The notes under the pieces: model-generated
Databases searched by the model: none
What the model was told of the DNA's origin: nothing
Seen by the model: the letters and a program-made list of their open reading frames with translations, nothing else
Source: a virus
Taxonomy: Duplodnaviria; Caudoviricetes
Reading direction: 5' to 3' (one strand)
Length of the DNA stretch: 64,000 bases
IMG/VR virus record: IMGVR_UViG_3300021425_000032
Span: 1,562-65,561 of that record
Shown: in pieces, positions 30,038 through 40,408 of the stretch
Position numbering within the stretch: the first letter of the stretch is position 1
Layout of the letters: each line of letters starts with the position of its first letter
Translations under genes and position numbers: made by a program

Positions 30038-31108
30038 ATGGCTAAATCATTTGACGTAAGTAAATTTAGAAAAGACTTAACAAAGTCTATTCAAGGCATG
30101 AGTAGTGGCTTTAACGATCCTACAGATTGGGTAAGCACAGGCTCTTATGCACTTAACTATCTTATTAGTGGTGACTTTAACAAAGGTGTTCCGCTAGGTA
30201 AGGTAACAGTGTTTGCAGGCGAATCTGGTGCAGGTAAAAGTTATTTTGCAGCAGGTAATATTGTAAGACACGCACAAGAACAAGGCATCTATGTAGTTTT
30301 AATTGACTCTGAAAATGCACTTGATCAAGCATGGTTAGAAGCACTAGGTGTTGACTGTGACGAATCAAAACTACTTAAATTAAGCATGAGTATGATTGAC
30401 GATGTTGCAAAAACTATTTCAACGTTTATGGCAGACTACAAAGCAATGGATGAAGATGATCGTCCTAAAGTATTGTTTGTAATTGATTCGTTGGGTATGT
30501 TGTTAACACCAACAGATGTTGATCAGTTTAACAAAGGTGATATGAAAGGTGACATGGGTCGTAAGCCCAAGGCACTAACAGCACTTGTTAGAAATACTGT
30601 TAACATGATTGGTGCTCACAACGTAGGACTTGTTTGTACTAACCACACTTATGCATCGCAGGATATGTTTGATCCAGATGACAAAATAAGTGGCGGACAG
30701 GGCTTTATATACGCTTCTAGTATTGTTGTAGCAATGAAGAAGTTAAAGCTCAAAGAAGATGCAGACGGTAATAAAATCAGCGAAGTTATGGGTATCCGTG
30801 CTGGCTGTAAAGTAATGAAAACACGTTACGCAAAACCGTTTGAAGGTGTACAAGTAAAGATTCCTTACGAGACAGGAATGAATCCTTACAGTGGCATCGT
30901 AGAACTTTTTGAAAAGAAAGGTGTCATCGAAAAACAAGGTAACAGACTAAAGTATGTTACTACTGACGGAGAAGAAATCCTAGAATACCGCAAGAACTGG
31001 ACCGGTGAACTATTAGACAAAGTAATGTCTGATTACGCTGTAAAAGAGTCAACTGTGGTAAATACCTCTGAAGCAGACGAACTAGAAGAAGCTGTAACAG
31101 AGGAGTAA
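30038..31108 (+). CDS. uvsX: RecA-like recombinase
   Basis: GESGAGKS, IDSENA, VIDSLG, NHTY, SGGQG. Confidence 0.95.
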   Translation: MAKSFDVSKFRKDLTKSIQGMSSGFNDPTDWVSTGSYALNYLISGDFNKGVPLGKVTVFAGESGAGKSYFAAGNIVRHAQEQGIYVVLIDSENALDQAWLEALGVDCDESKLLKLSMSMIDDVAKTISTFMADYKAMDEDDRPKVLFVIDSLGMLLTPTDVDQFNKGDMKGDMGRKPKALTALVRNTVNMIGAHNVGLVCTNHTYASQDMFDPDDKISGGQGFIYASSIVVAMKKLKLKEDADGNKISEVMGIRAGCKVMKTRYAKPFEGVQVKIPYETGMNPYSGIVELFEKKGVIEKQGNRLKYVTTDGEEILEYRKNWTGELLDKVMSDYAVKESTVVNTSEADELEEAVTEE

Positions 31109-31110
31109 TT

Positions 31111-31344
31111 ATGGATTTGGAACAAGCGATTGACGTTTGGAATTTATTCAAAGAGTATGTTGACAAGAAACAGGTTGAATTAGTTGCTGAAAAGTTTGTA
31201 GATCATCTTGCCGATTATGGTGTTGATGATCAACAAATGAAAGAATTACTCGGCAACGATACACACCTTGATGAAGCAATCGGCTACTATTTAGAAATAG
31301 ATAATGTAGACGATTATAATGATGAAGAGGACGAGTGGGAGTAA
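31111..31344 (+). CDS. Hypothetical acidic protein
   Basis: GAGGAG SD; lies between uvsX and uvsY. Confidence 0.75.
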   Translation: MDLEQAIDVWNLFKEYVDKKQVELVAEKFVDHLADYGVDDQQMKELLGNDTHLDEAIGYYLEIDNVDDYNDEEDEWE

Positions 31345-31346
31345 GA

Positions 31347-31802
31347 ATGGGTTGGTATAGCGAAGTATCCAGAGACATTGGTAAGATTCCTGATGCTGTA
31401 GCATTCTTTGAAGCAGAATTACTTGATGCTAAAAAAGAATGTAAGTTAACAGGTAATGTTGAAAAGGCGGCTGCTGCTATGCCAGGCATTGTTGAACACC
31501 GCTTCAATCAACTACAAGAGATTGAAGCAATACTTCATTACTTGAACATAGAGCTACGCAGATTGCGTAGCTCTTATTTCAAAAAATATCTTGAAAATTA
31601 TCAGCGAGCTCTGTCTAGCCGTGACGTTGAAAAATACGTAGACGGCGAAGCAGACGTTGTTGATTATGAAAAGATTATTAACGAATTTGCATTAATGCGT
31701 AATAAATGGTTAGGTGTTCTTAAAGCACTTGATCAGAAGCAATGGCAAATTACAAACGTAGTTAAACTACGTGTGGCTGGAATGGAAGATGCCAGCCTTT
31801 AA
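31347..31802 (+). CDS. uvsY: Recombination mediator (UvsY-like)
   Basis: Helical; KYVDGE, K.LD.KQWQI.NVVKLRVAG; follows uvsX. Confidence 0.8.
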   Translation: MGWYSEVSRDIGKIPDAVAFFEAELLDAKKECKLTGNVEKAAAAMPGIVEHRFNQLQEIEAILHYLNIELRRLRSSYFKKYLENYQRALSSRDVEKYVDGEADVVDYEKIINEFALMRNKWLGVLKALDQKQWQITNVVKLRVAGMEDASL

Positions 31803-32454
31803 AAAAGACGACGATAAACTAATTTACGAATACATTTGCGACACAGCACCAGATAACATGACAATGTTAGATGTTGGCTCACGTACAGGCAAATGGTGTA
31901 AATCGTTTGTCACAGAATTTCCTAATGCTACCTTTCATTGTTTTGAAGCATTACCAGAGCAATATGAAAGATGTGTAAATAGATTTAGAAAACATAGTAA
32001 TGTTACAGTACACAACTTTGTTATAAGCAATAATTGTAACGAAACAACTTTTTACAAAGATACAGATAGACTAGGTTGGAGTGGCTTAAGAAAACATTCC
32101 TATATGGAAAATTTTGAAACTTTAAAGTTACCTAGTAAGACATTAGATAGTTTTTATTTAGAACCATACTTTATTAAACTTGATGTAGAAGGTGCAGAAT
32201 TATTAGCATTACAAGGTGCATCGTTTACAGTTAAAACAGCAAAAGTAATTTACTTTGAATGTAACGAAATACATACAAAGGATTACTTATACGGTACTGA
32301 TCAAGTGTACAATCAACTACGTAACTACGGTTTTACAGTACATGACAAACATTTAAATGAATTAACAAAAGACGAATTTGTACATCGTACAGCAGATGCT
32401 AGACGTTATGAAGACCCAAAAGGATATGAATCTAATTTTGTAGCATTGCGTTAA
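31789..32454 (+). CDS. FkbM-family methyltransferase
   Basis: LDVGSRTG, CFEA, IKLDVEGAE. Confidence 0.88.
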   Translation: MPAFKKDDDKLIYEYICDTAPDNMTMLDVGSRTGKWCKSFVTEFPNATFHCFEALPEQYERCVNRFRKHSNVTVHNFVISNNCNETTFYKDTDRLGWSGLRKHSYMENFETLKLPSKTLDSFYLEPYFIKLDVEGAELLALQGASFTVKTAKVIYFECNEIHTKDYLYGTDQVYNQLRNYGFTVHDKHLNELTKDEFVHRTADARRYEDPKGYESNFVALR

Positions 32455-32474
32455 GTGCGTACATAAATATCTAT

Positions 32475-33251
32475 ATGGAACGCATTGTATTAGTCACTGG
32501 TGGCTTCGACCCACTACACTCCGGGCATATAGCCTATTTTAAAGAAGCAAAAAAACTTGGCACTAAACTAATTGTTGGTGTTAATTCAGACGACTGGCTT
32601 ACACGTAAAAAAGGTAGACCATTTATGCCTTGGGAAGAACGTGCAACAATAATTCAAGAACTATCTATTGTAGATGAAGTTATAAGTTTTGACGACACTG
32701 ACAATTCTGCTAATAATGCAATATACAAGTGTCTTGCAAAATATAAAGATACAAAAATATGTTTTGCTAACGGCGGAGACAGGACAGATTTCACAACGCC
32801 TGAATACAAAATTTACGGAAAAACTCCGTGGGTAGATTTTGAATTTGGAGTTGGTGGCAAAGACAAAAAAAATTCTAGTAGTTGGATACTTGATGAATGG
32901 AAGAATCCAAAGACTATTAGAGAATGGGGTTGGTATAGAGTCTTAGACGATCAACCTGAAAAAGGATACAAGGTTAAAGAACTTGTAATACTTCCAGGCA
33001 AAAGTTTAAGTGATCAAAGACACAAATATAGATCAGAAATGTGGTATGTGACACAAGGACAAGTTACTATGGCTATTCAAATAGAAGGTGATCCTCTTAC
33101 TGGATTTGAATTGCCTGCATTAGTTAATGGTTATAATATAGGATCAAATATATGGCACAAAGCAATAAACAATCAAGATGTGCCAGCACATGTCATTGAA
33201 GTACAATTTGGTGAAAAGTGTGTTGAAGAAGATATAGAAAGAAGAGATTAA
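32475..33251 (+). CDS. Cytidylyltransferase (TagD/RfaE-like) fused to a ManC-type cupin
   Basis: GGFDPLHSGH, GVNSD, ANGGDR, KNSSS; then WGWY, SLSDQRH..RSEMW, EVQFG...EEDIER. Confidence 0.88.
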   Translation: MERIVLVTGGFDPLHSGHIAYFKEAKKLGTKLIVGVNSDDWLTRKKGRPFMPWEERATIIQELSIVDEVISFDDTDNSANNAIYKCLAKYKDTKICFANGGDRTDFTTPEYKIYGKTPWVDFEFGVGGKDKKNSSSWILDEWKNPKTIREWGWYRVLDDQPEKGYKVKELVILPGKSLSDQRHKYRSEMWYVTQGQVTMAIQIEGDPLTGFELPALVNGYNIGSNIWHKAINNQDVPAHVIEVQFGEKCVEEDIERRD

Positions 33252-33922
33252 TGAAAGTTTTTATAGGTTATGAACCAAGAGAAGATATTGCATATCAAGT
33301 ATGTAAGCACAGTATACTAAAACGTCAACCAAATGCTCAAGTAGCACCCTTAATACAAAAAGAACTTAGACAAACAGGATGGTACAAGCGTCCTGCTGAT
33401 GCACTTGCTAGTACTGAATTTACATTTACACGTTTTCTAGTACCAGAGCTAGCCAACTTTAAAGGCTGGGCTGTGTTTATGGATTGTGACATGATACTTA
33501 CAACAGACATTAAAGAATTATTTGATCAAGCAGACGACCAGTATGCTGTAATGTGTGTAAAACACGACTACACACCTAGAGAAGGTATTAAGATGGACGG
33601 CCAAAAGCAAACTATCTATCCTCGCAAGAACTGGTCAAGTGTTGTATTATGGAACTGTGGACATCCTAGTAATAGGAAAGTTACAACTGACTTAGTAAAC
33701 GAAACAGAATTAAATGGTGCATATTTTCATAGATTTAGTTGGCTCGAAGACAAAGAGATTGGTGAATTAAATCATACATGGAACTATCTAGTTGGTGTAT
33801 ATGACGATATAGAAACACCCAAACTTATTCATTACACAGAAGGTGGACCGTGGTTTGAAAACTATAGAAACTGTGAGTTTAATGAATTATGGAAACAAGA
33901 ACTTTATGATATGTTTAAGTAA
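33251..33922 (+). CDS. GT-A glycosyltransferase (GT8-like)
   Basis: STEFTFTRF, FMDCD (DxD), YPRKNWSS, HYTEGGPW. Confidence 0.85.
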   Translation: MKVFIGYEPREDIAYQVCKHSILKRQPNAQVAPLIQKELRQTGWYKRPADALASTEFTFTRFLVPELANFKGWAVFMDCDMILTTDIKELFDQADDQYAVMCVKHDYTPREGIKMDGQKQTIYPRKNWSSVVLWNCGHPSNRKVTTDLVNETELNGAYFHRFSWLEDKEIGELNHTWNYLVGVYDDIETPKLIHYTEGGPWFENYRNCEFNELWKQELYDMFK

Positions 33923-34697
33923 AAATAAAACAGACGAATATGTAAACATGTACGCTAAAGGTGCAGGTTTGCCTATACATGATTACGATTACGAACATGA
34001 AGATAAAAAGGCACCAATACTAATACGTAGTCTAGCAAAGCGTAAACTTATCTGGAAATGCTTAGAAAACAAAAGAGACTTTTACTATATGGACAGCGGA
34101 TACGTTGGCAATTACAAAAGTCCTATAAATCCTATGGGGTGGAAACTTTTTCACCGTATAGTAAAAAACGATCTACAACATAACGAAATAATTGAACGTC
34201 CTAGTGATAGATGGGAACAACTAGGAATAAAAATTGCAAAAAGAAAAAAGACAGGCAGGAACATTTTACTTGTTATGCCTAGTGAAAAGCCTTGTAAGTA
34301 TTATGGTATAGATGCAGAAACATGGAAACGTGATACAATAGACCAAATTAAAATGCACACAGATCGTCCTATTGTTATTAGAGAAAAACAACCAAGGCAT
34401 GTGCGTTTACAAAAAACTATATACCAAGATTTAGATGATGCTTATGCGTTAGTAACGTATCAGAGCATTGCGGCTGTAGAGAGTGTATTGTATGGCGTTC
34501 CAGCATTTACCCTTGCTCCTACAGCCGCAGACCCTGTTGCAAATAAGTATTTGTACAATTTAGAAAAACCAGAGCGATACGACAAAGAGTATATATACAG
34601 TTGGGCATGCCACCTAGCGTATGGTCAGTTTCATATCAACGAAATGAAAAATGGAACAGCTCATAACATGATAATGGAGGAACTTTATGGCAATTAA
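33906..34697 (+). CDS. KpsS/KpsC-like capsule biosynthesis protein, paralogue 1
   Basis: TDRPIVIREK, ALVTYQSIAAVESVLYGVPAF, HLAYGQF. Confidence 0.6.
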   Translation: MICLSKNKTDEYVNMYAKGAGLPIHDYDYEHEDKKAPILIRSLAKRKLIWKCLENKRDFYYMDSGYVGNYKSPINPMGWKLFHRIVKNDLQHNEIIERPSDRWEQLGIKIAKRKKTGRNILLVMPSEKPCKYYGIDAETWKRDTIDQIKMHTDRPIVIREKQPRHVRLQKTIYQDLDDAYALVTYQSIAAVESVLYGVPAFTLAPTAADPVANKYLYNLEKPERYDKEYIYSWACHLAYGQFHINEMKNGTAHNMIMEELYGN

Positions 34698-35604
34698 GTA
34701 CGTAGTAGTTCATAGAGCTGATAAAAATAATATCGGTGATATGTCGAGTAATCCGCTAAAGTATTACTTACCAGAACACGAATACCAAGTAGTAGATATA
34801 TTAGATCTTGCAACAGCGAGCTATCCAAGTGATGTTCCATTAATTGCAGGAGGCGGTGGCCTTATTGCAAATGAATTCTTAGGAAACGATTTACAGTATG
34901 CTCTTAATAACAGTGATCAAAACGCACTAATGACTCTATGGAAAGAATCTTGGGACGTAGTAAACCACAACAATATACAAGCACGTGATGAATTTTTACG
35001 TAAATTACAGCCACTTATAAAAGAATATTTAGATAAATTAGACAACACTACAGCACCTCGTATTGTATGGGGAGCAGGACACAACCAAGATACTACCAAA
35101 AGAGTTAAACGTCCTGAGTGGCCAGACTGGTTAAGTAATTTTGATTTAGTTGGTGTAAGAGATTATGGCCAACCTTTTGAATGGGTGCCTTGTGCAAGTT
35201 GTTTAGACACGGCATTTGATAAAACATATAGAATAAAAAATGATATTATTTGGTATGAACACAAAAAACAATTAATAAAGTCTACACATTTTGGAAGCAA
35301 ACCGATACCAAGATATGTTAATAGTGGTGCCAATATGGAGCAAACTATTGAACTACTAGGTAGTGCAAATACTATTATAACTAACAGTTACCACGGTGCA
35401 TATTGGGGAACATTGCTAGGCAAAAAAGTAATTGTAGCAGGTCCTTGGAGTAGTAAATTCCATACGCTCAAACATAGAGTTACATTTATTAATCCTCAAG
35501 ATAATTATGAATACTTGTTAGACAGTGTCCAAACATATCCTGAATCATTGCAAGAATGTAGAGACGCAAACAATAACCATTGGCAGAAGATACAGCAATT
35601 ATGA
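34687..35604 (+). CDS. Polysaccharide pyruvyltransferase-like protein
   Basis: NIGD, AGGGG, WGAG, GVRD, TNSYHG. Confidence 0.7.
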   Translation: MAIKYVVVHRADKNNIGDMSSNPLKYYLPEHEYQVVDILDLATASYPSDVPLIAGGGGLIANEFLGNDLQYALNNSDQNALMTLWKESWDVVNHNNIQARDEFLRKLQPLIKEYLDKLDNTTAPRIVWGAGHNQDTTKRVKRPEWPDWLSNFDLVGVRDYGQPFEWVPCASCLDTAFDKTYRIKNDIIWYEHKKQLIKSTHFGSKPIPRYVNSGANMEQTIELLGSANTIITNSYHGAYWGTLLGKKVIVAGPWSSKFHTLKHRVTFINPQDNYEYLLDSVQTYPESLQECRDANNNHWQKIQQL

Positions 35605-36515
35605 AGACAGTAGTAGGATATGCATTGGGTATACCAAACCCACACAAGAACCCACATAAGGTAGATATACTAAAACGATATATCGACGGTGTACAAAAGC
35701 ACGGTGACAAAGGTATATTACACTATGGTAATAATATAATTGACAGTGATGTTAATCTAATACAAGGTTGGGTACATGCAGGTAGTCCTTCTAGCCCACA
35801 TTTAGTTATACGTAAACGTGCTCATGAGCAAAACATAAACAAAGGCAAACACAGTTTTATTGCTGACAGTAATCTTTTTAACTATGCTGTAGGCAAGATG
35901 CACAAAATGCAATACTTAAGATATAGCATGGATGGTGTATTTCCTACAACAGGCAATTACTTTCATGATACTGTTAATCCAAAACGTTGGACACAAATAC
36001 GCAAAGATTTGGGTATTAAAATGAAAGATTGGCGTCAATCAGGAGTACATGTACTAATATGTACACAACGTAATGGCGGTTGGAGTATGGGCGGACTTGA
36101 CGTTGTTAGTTGGTTAAAAGAAACGATCAAGGAAGTTAAAAAGCACACAGACCGTCCTATTGTTGTTAGAGGACATCCTGGTGACAAGCATGCACCTAAG
36201 TACCTTAAAAGCAAAGATTGGCAAGTAAGTACAGCACCTAGTTTAACACAAGACTTACTTAATGCACACTGTACTATAACGTATAACAGTAGTCCTAGTG
36301 TTGCAAGTGCTATTGAAGGTATACCTACATATGTTACAGACCCTAATCCTAAAATTAGTCAAGCATATGCTGTTGCAAACACAGACTTGTCTACAATAGA
36401 AACTCCGCAAACCTTTGAGAGGCAAGAATGGATAGAAAAACTTGCTATGTGTCATTGGAACTTTGATGAGCTAAGTTCAGGAGAAGCATGGGCTCACATG
36501 AGAGATTACGTATGA
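35601..36515 (+). CDS. KpsS/KpsC-like capsule biosynthesis protein, paralogue 2
   Basis: TDRPIVVRGHP, ITYNSSPSVASAIEGIP. Confidence 0.65.
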   Translation: MKTVVGYALGIPNPHKNPHKVDILKRYIDGVQKHGDKGILHYGNNIIDSDVNLIQGWVHAGSPSSPHLVIRKRAHEQNINKGKHSFIADSNLFNYAVGKMHKMQYLRYSMDGVFPTTGNYFHDTVNPKRWTQIRKDLGIKMKDWRQSGVHVLICTQRNGGWSMGGLDVVSWLKETIKEVKKHTDRPIVVRGHPGDKHAPKYLKSKDWQVSTAPSLTQDLLNAHCTITYNSSPSVASAIEGIPTYVTDPNPKISQAYAVANTDLSTIETPQTFERQEWIEKLAMCHWNFDELSSGEAWAHMRDYV

Positions 36516-37462
36516 TAACAATGGTAGGGTTTCCTCCTCCTGCATCAAAGCCTTATTTTCATTGGGCAAAAGGTATGGAAAGAGTTGGTGACAAATATAT
36601 CGTAAGTGATGATTTAGAAAGCAATATTGTACGTGATGCTGATGCTTTTTATCAAACAAATGAGCTAAAACCAAAATTCTTACACGGCGGCAGAGCTGAT
36701 TGGCATGGCAAGTATCTGCTACATATACAGCAAGCAAACAAGCCTTACATAGTTAGTGAAAGCGAACCGTTTCGCGAATGTCCTGGCTGGTTACGGTTTG
36801 GTTGGAATAGTTATCGTTGGTGCGATGCTAACTGGAATAACGAGAATGTAGGACCAGAAAGATGGAATAGGTTTGAAAGTCTAACAGGATTAAAATTTAC
36901 CGATTGGCACAGTCCGGGCAACAACATATTAATAATGGGACAAAAAGAAGGCGACAGTAGTTTAGTAAATATATACAAAGCAGGGTATACAAGTGTATAT
37001 GACTACATTGCAGATCAGTGCAGAGTTATTAGACGCTTTACAGATCGTCCTATAGTTATTAGACCACATCCTCGTAACTTAGACAGAGGTGCAAAACTTG
37101 TCACCAAGTTACTTAAAGAATTGGATCTTAAAGATGTATCAATGAGTCCTAACTTAACAAGAGGTGGATCACAGGGCGGCGAAGGATTAGATAAAGATTT
37201 AAAAAACGCTTATTGTGTTGTTACATATAACAGTCTAAGTGGTGTAGAAGCTGTAGTAAGAGGCATTCCAGTATTTGCATTAGATGGCGGAAGTATGGCA
37301 TGGCCTGTAGCACACAAAGAATTATCTGAAATAGAAAATTTAAATTACGACATAGATTTGCAAGATTGGAAAAATAAAATTGCATATTCAATGTGGAATA
37401 AACAAGACGTACAAACAGGTGAGTGTTGGTCTCATTTGAAGCAAGTATACTTTAAGGATTAA
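36512..37462 (+). CDS. KpsS/KpsC-like capsule biosynthesis protein, paralogue 3
   Basis: GQKEGDSS (QxxxD), TDRPIVIRPHP, VVTYNSLSGVEAVVRGIP. Confidence 0.7.
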   Translation: MITMVGFPPPASKPYFHWAKGMERVGDKYIVSDDLESNIVRDADAFYQTNELKPKFLHGGRADWHGKYLLHIQQANKPYIVSESEPFRECPGWLRFGWNSYRWCDANWNNENVGPERWNRFESLTGLKFTDWHSPGNNILIMGQKEGDSSLVNIYKAGYTSVYDYIADQCRVIRRFTDRPIVIRPHPRNLDRGAKLVTKLLKELDLKDVSMSPNLTRGGSQGGEGLDKDLKNAYCVVTYNSLSGVEAVVRGIPVFALDGGSMAWPVAHKELSEIENLNYDIDLQDWKNKIAYSMWNKQDVQTGECWSHLKQVYFKD

Positions 37463-37464
37463 GA

Positions 37465-38148
37465 ATGTTAAGAGAAATTTTTACTAGACTAACTAAAAGA
37501 TGTGATAAGTTTGAACACTACTTTCCGTTATATGAAAAACATTTTAACAAGTACATAGGTAAAAGTCCACGCATACTAGAGATAGGTGTACGCGGCGGCG
37601 GAAGTTTACAGATGTGGCAAAAATACTTTGGTGAAGGTACATATGTACACGGTATTGACATAGATGCAAAATGCAAAGCACACGAAGACATAGACAATAA
37701 TATACATGTTACAATAGGTGATGCTACTGATCCTGTGTTTGTTGAAAGAGAAATTAGAGCGCAGGACATTAGAAACTTTGATATTATTATTGACGACGGA
37801 AGTCACGAAAACCCAGATCAAATAACAACATTAAAATTATTTTACGGATTATTAAAGTCTGAAGGTGTATATTGGTGCGAAGATACTCACACTAGTTATT
37901 ATCCAAACAGAGAAGATGGCGGCTATGGCAATCCAAAAAGTTTTACAAGTTATGTTAAAAATGTAGTAGACGTACTAAGTCATCATCATACAAGTCATGC
38001 TATAGGACATGGACCTATAGATGGACCACATGTACCAAAAAAGTTTGTAAAACCATTTAACGATATACAAGGCGTAAGTTTTTATGACAGTGTAATTGTA
38101 ATTGACAAAGGACCAAGATTGAATTTTAAACGGATTGTTAAAAAATGA
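37465..38148 (+). CDS. Class I SAM methyltransferase (sugar O-methyltransferase-like)
   Basis: LEIGVRGGGS, GIDID, IIIDDGSH, EDTHTSY. Confidence 0.85.
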   Translation: MLREIFTRLTKRCDKFEHYFPLYEKHFNKYIGKSPRILEIGVRGGGSLQMWQKYFGEGTYVHGIDIDAKCKAHEDIDNNIHVTIGDATDPVFVEREIRAQDIRNFDIIIDDGSHENPDQITTLKLFYGLLKSEGVYWCEDTHTSYYPNREDGGYGNPKSFTSYVKNVVDVLSHHHTSHAIGHGPIDGPHVPKKFVKPFNDIQGVSFYDSVIVIDKGPRLNFKRIVKK

Positions 38149-39371
38149 ATTCATGGGATGTCTTTGATACATTGATTGGAAGATTACATTTCCATCCACA
38201 CTCTATTTTTGACGAAGTAGGTAGTCGAATAGGTGATGCAAGTTTTAAAGACAAACGTATATCTGCATGGAAACAAGTTAAGAAAACATGCATCGATAAA
38301 ACGTATAATGAAATATATGATATACTATCTGAGTACGATCCGCAAGTAGAACTAGACGTAGAATTTGAACATAATTTTCCTATATATGAAAATATTATGA
38401 AGGTTAAAGACGGAGATCTATTGATAAGTGATATGTACTTGCCAGCAGACTTCATAATGAAAATGTTACGTAATGCTGGATTAACAGCAGATGTAAAGAT
38501 AGTTGTTACAGCAGACGGCAAGAAAAAAGGTTGGATTTGGGATAGTATAAATGAAAACTATAATATAGATAATCACTACGGAGACAATGAAAAAAGTGAT
38601 GTTAAGTCTGCACAAGAACACGGCATAAATGGTGTACTGTATACAGGTTACAAACTTAACGATATAGAAAACTTTGTTTACAAGTACGATAGACAACTTG
38701 CATGTTGGATGCGTAGTACAAGATTAATGTGTCCTTATAACGAAGAAAAACATATTAAATTTTGGAATGATCAAGCAAATATTAACTTACCTGTACTAGC
38801 ATTAGCAACATTAAAATTACCTGATACGCCTATTGCTTTTACATATAGAGATTGTTACAACTGGCAAAAGATATATGAAGCAATGACTGGTAAGCAAGGT
38901 TACAGACTAGATGTATCACGTAAAATGTATCTTACACCAAACGAACACTTTGCAAAGTATATGGAGTTTGTTAAAGACATAGGTGCAACTATTGTAGACA
39001 TGCAAGGCAAAGGTCGTAGCATACAAAGTTTTTATAATGGTAATCCTCCAAACACAATGTACATAGGAGGAAGACCTCCGCCATATGTAACACGTTTAGT
39101 AGACTATCAAACAAAAAGTATGGAAAAGCATAACTGTTTTGAAGAAGGTCCTATAATTGATTGGGATGAAAACGGTCCTATAAGAGGCAATAACGATCAT
39201 CCTGCTGACGTAGCAGATATACATAAAAAAGCAGGACAAGCTGCAATCCGTTATATAAAACATTTTAATTTTAAAAATAGTACACACTTATTAACTGAAT
39301 TAGTTAAGTTATATGATACACATAATTTTACTAATAAGAATGTTAAATGGGAAAAATATAACGGTGCATAA
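38145..39371 (+). CDS. HAD-superfamily hydrolase
   Basis: DVFDT, ISDMY, K, HYGDN..SD. Confidence 0.8.
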   Translation: MNSWDVFDTLIGRLHFHPHSIFDEVGSRIGDASFKDKRISAWKQVKKTCIDKTYNEIYDILSEYDPQVELDVEFEHNFPIYENIMKVKDGDLLISDMYLPADFIMKMLRNAGLTADVKIVVTADGKKKGWIWDSINENYNIDNHYGDNEKSDVKSAQEHGINGVLYTGYKLNDIENFVYKYDRQLACWMRSTRLMCPYNEEKHIKFWNDQANINLPVLALATLKLPDTPIAFTYRDCYNWQKIYEAMTGKQGYRLDVSRKMYLTPNEHFAKYMEFVKDIGATIVDMQGKGRSIQSFYNGNPPNTMYIGGRPPPYVTRLVDYQTKSMEKHNCFEEGPIIDWDENGPIRGNNDHPADVADIHKKAGQAAIRYIKHFNFKNSTHLLTELVKLYDTHNFTNKNVKWEKYNGA

Positions 39372-39882
39372 TGTTACAAAGTATAGATTGAATAAAGACT
39401 TCTGGGCAGATGAAGTAGAATGTTATCGTAGATTAAAGTCATGCGATAATGTTCCTAACCTTGTAAGTGCTGACGAAAAAAATTTATCTATAACAACAAC
39501 ATATGCAGGCACAAGTTTGTTTATACTTACAGCGGTGCAAAAAAGACAAGGTCGTAAACTAAGGATACAAAACCCATTAGAACAAATAATAAACTTTATC
39601 GACGAATGTAAGGAACAAAATATTGTACATTTAGATTGCCATCCGGGTAATATATTACTAGACAAAGGTAAATTATCAATAATAGATTTTGAAAAAGTTG
39701 CATTAGACGGCAAAGTAAAAACAAAAAAGATGCAAAAGAAATATGATAAATTTATGTCCAAAGGCGGATGGGACTGGATAATAAATAGATATACAAAGTA
39801 TTTTGAAACCTTTGACAACTACATTTGGTTTAACGAAGAAATACTTCAAAAAGGAATTAGGAAATATGGCCAAACATTATAG
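39364..39882 (+). CDS. Protein-kinase-like (Kdo/RIO-type) kinase
   Basis: HLDCHPGNIL catalytic loop, IIDFE; GTG start at 39364 is probable but not certain. Confidence 0.75.
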   Translation: MHNVTKYRLNKDFWADEVECYRRLKSCDNVPNLVSADEKNLSITTTYAGTSLFILTAVQKRQGRKLRIQNPLEQIINFIDECKEQNIVHLDCHPGNILLDKGKLSIIDFEKVALDGKVKTKKMQKKYDKFMSKGGWDWIINRYTKYFETFDNYIWFNEEILQKGIRKYGQTL

Positions 39883-40408
39883 TAAGTTTACAAACAATTA
39901 CACTAAGATTTATTACAAAGGCAATTTAATATCAGACGGCTCGCGTGATCCTTTAGAACGTATTCAAGCAATGCCGATTGACTTTGAAGGTAAGACTGTA
40001 TTAGATTTAGGTTGTAATTGCGGTGGCACATTATTTGCTGTAGCAGACAAAATTGCAAGAGGGTGGGGTAATGATATTAATCCTCATGCTACAGAATTTG
40101 CAAACAAATTAGCAAAAGAAAATAATATTGACAATGTTAGTTTTAGTGTTGCTGATTTAAATAATTGGCAAGAATATAATTTACCTAAAACAGATATATT
40201 ATTTGCACTAGCAATAGCAAAATGGGTTCCTACATGGAAAGATATTATAGAGTTTCTTGATCCAAAAACTTGTGTGTTTGAAGCACACGGCAAAGGTAGT
40301 ATGGTACCAGATCAAATTGCATGGCTTAACAATCATTTTAAAAATGTAGAATTAATTCTTGATGGTTACGAAGCAGGCAAACGTAAACTTTATCTTTGTA
40401 CCCAATAA
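39866..40408 (+). CDS. Class I SAM methyltransferase
   Basis: GKTVLDLGCNCG, GNDIN. Confidence 0.8.
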   Translation: MAKHYSKFTNNYTKIYYKGNLISDGSRDPLERIQAMPIDFEGKTVLDLGCNCGGTLFAVADKIARGWGNDINPHATEFANKLAKENNIDNVSFSVADLNNWQEYNLPKTDILFALAIAKWVPTWKDIIEFLDPKTCVFEAHGKGSMVPDQIAWLNNHFKNVELILDGYEAGKRKLYLCTQ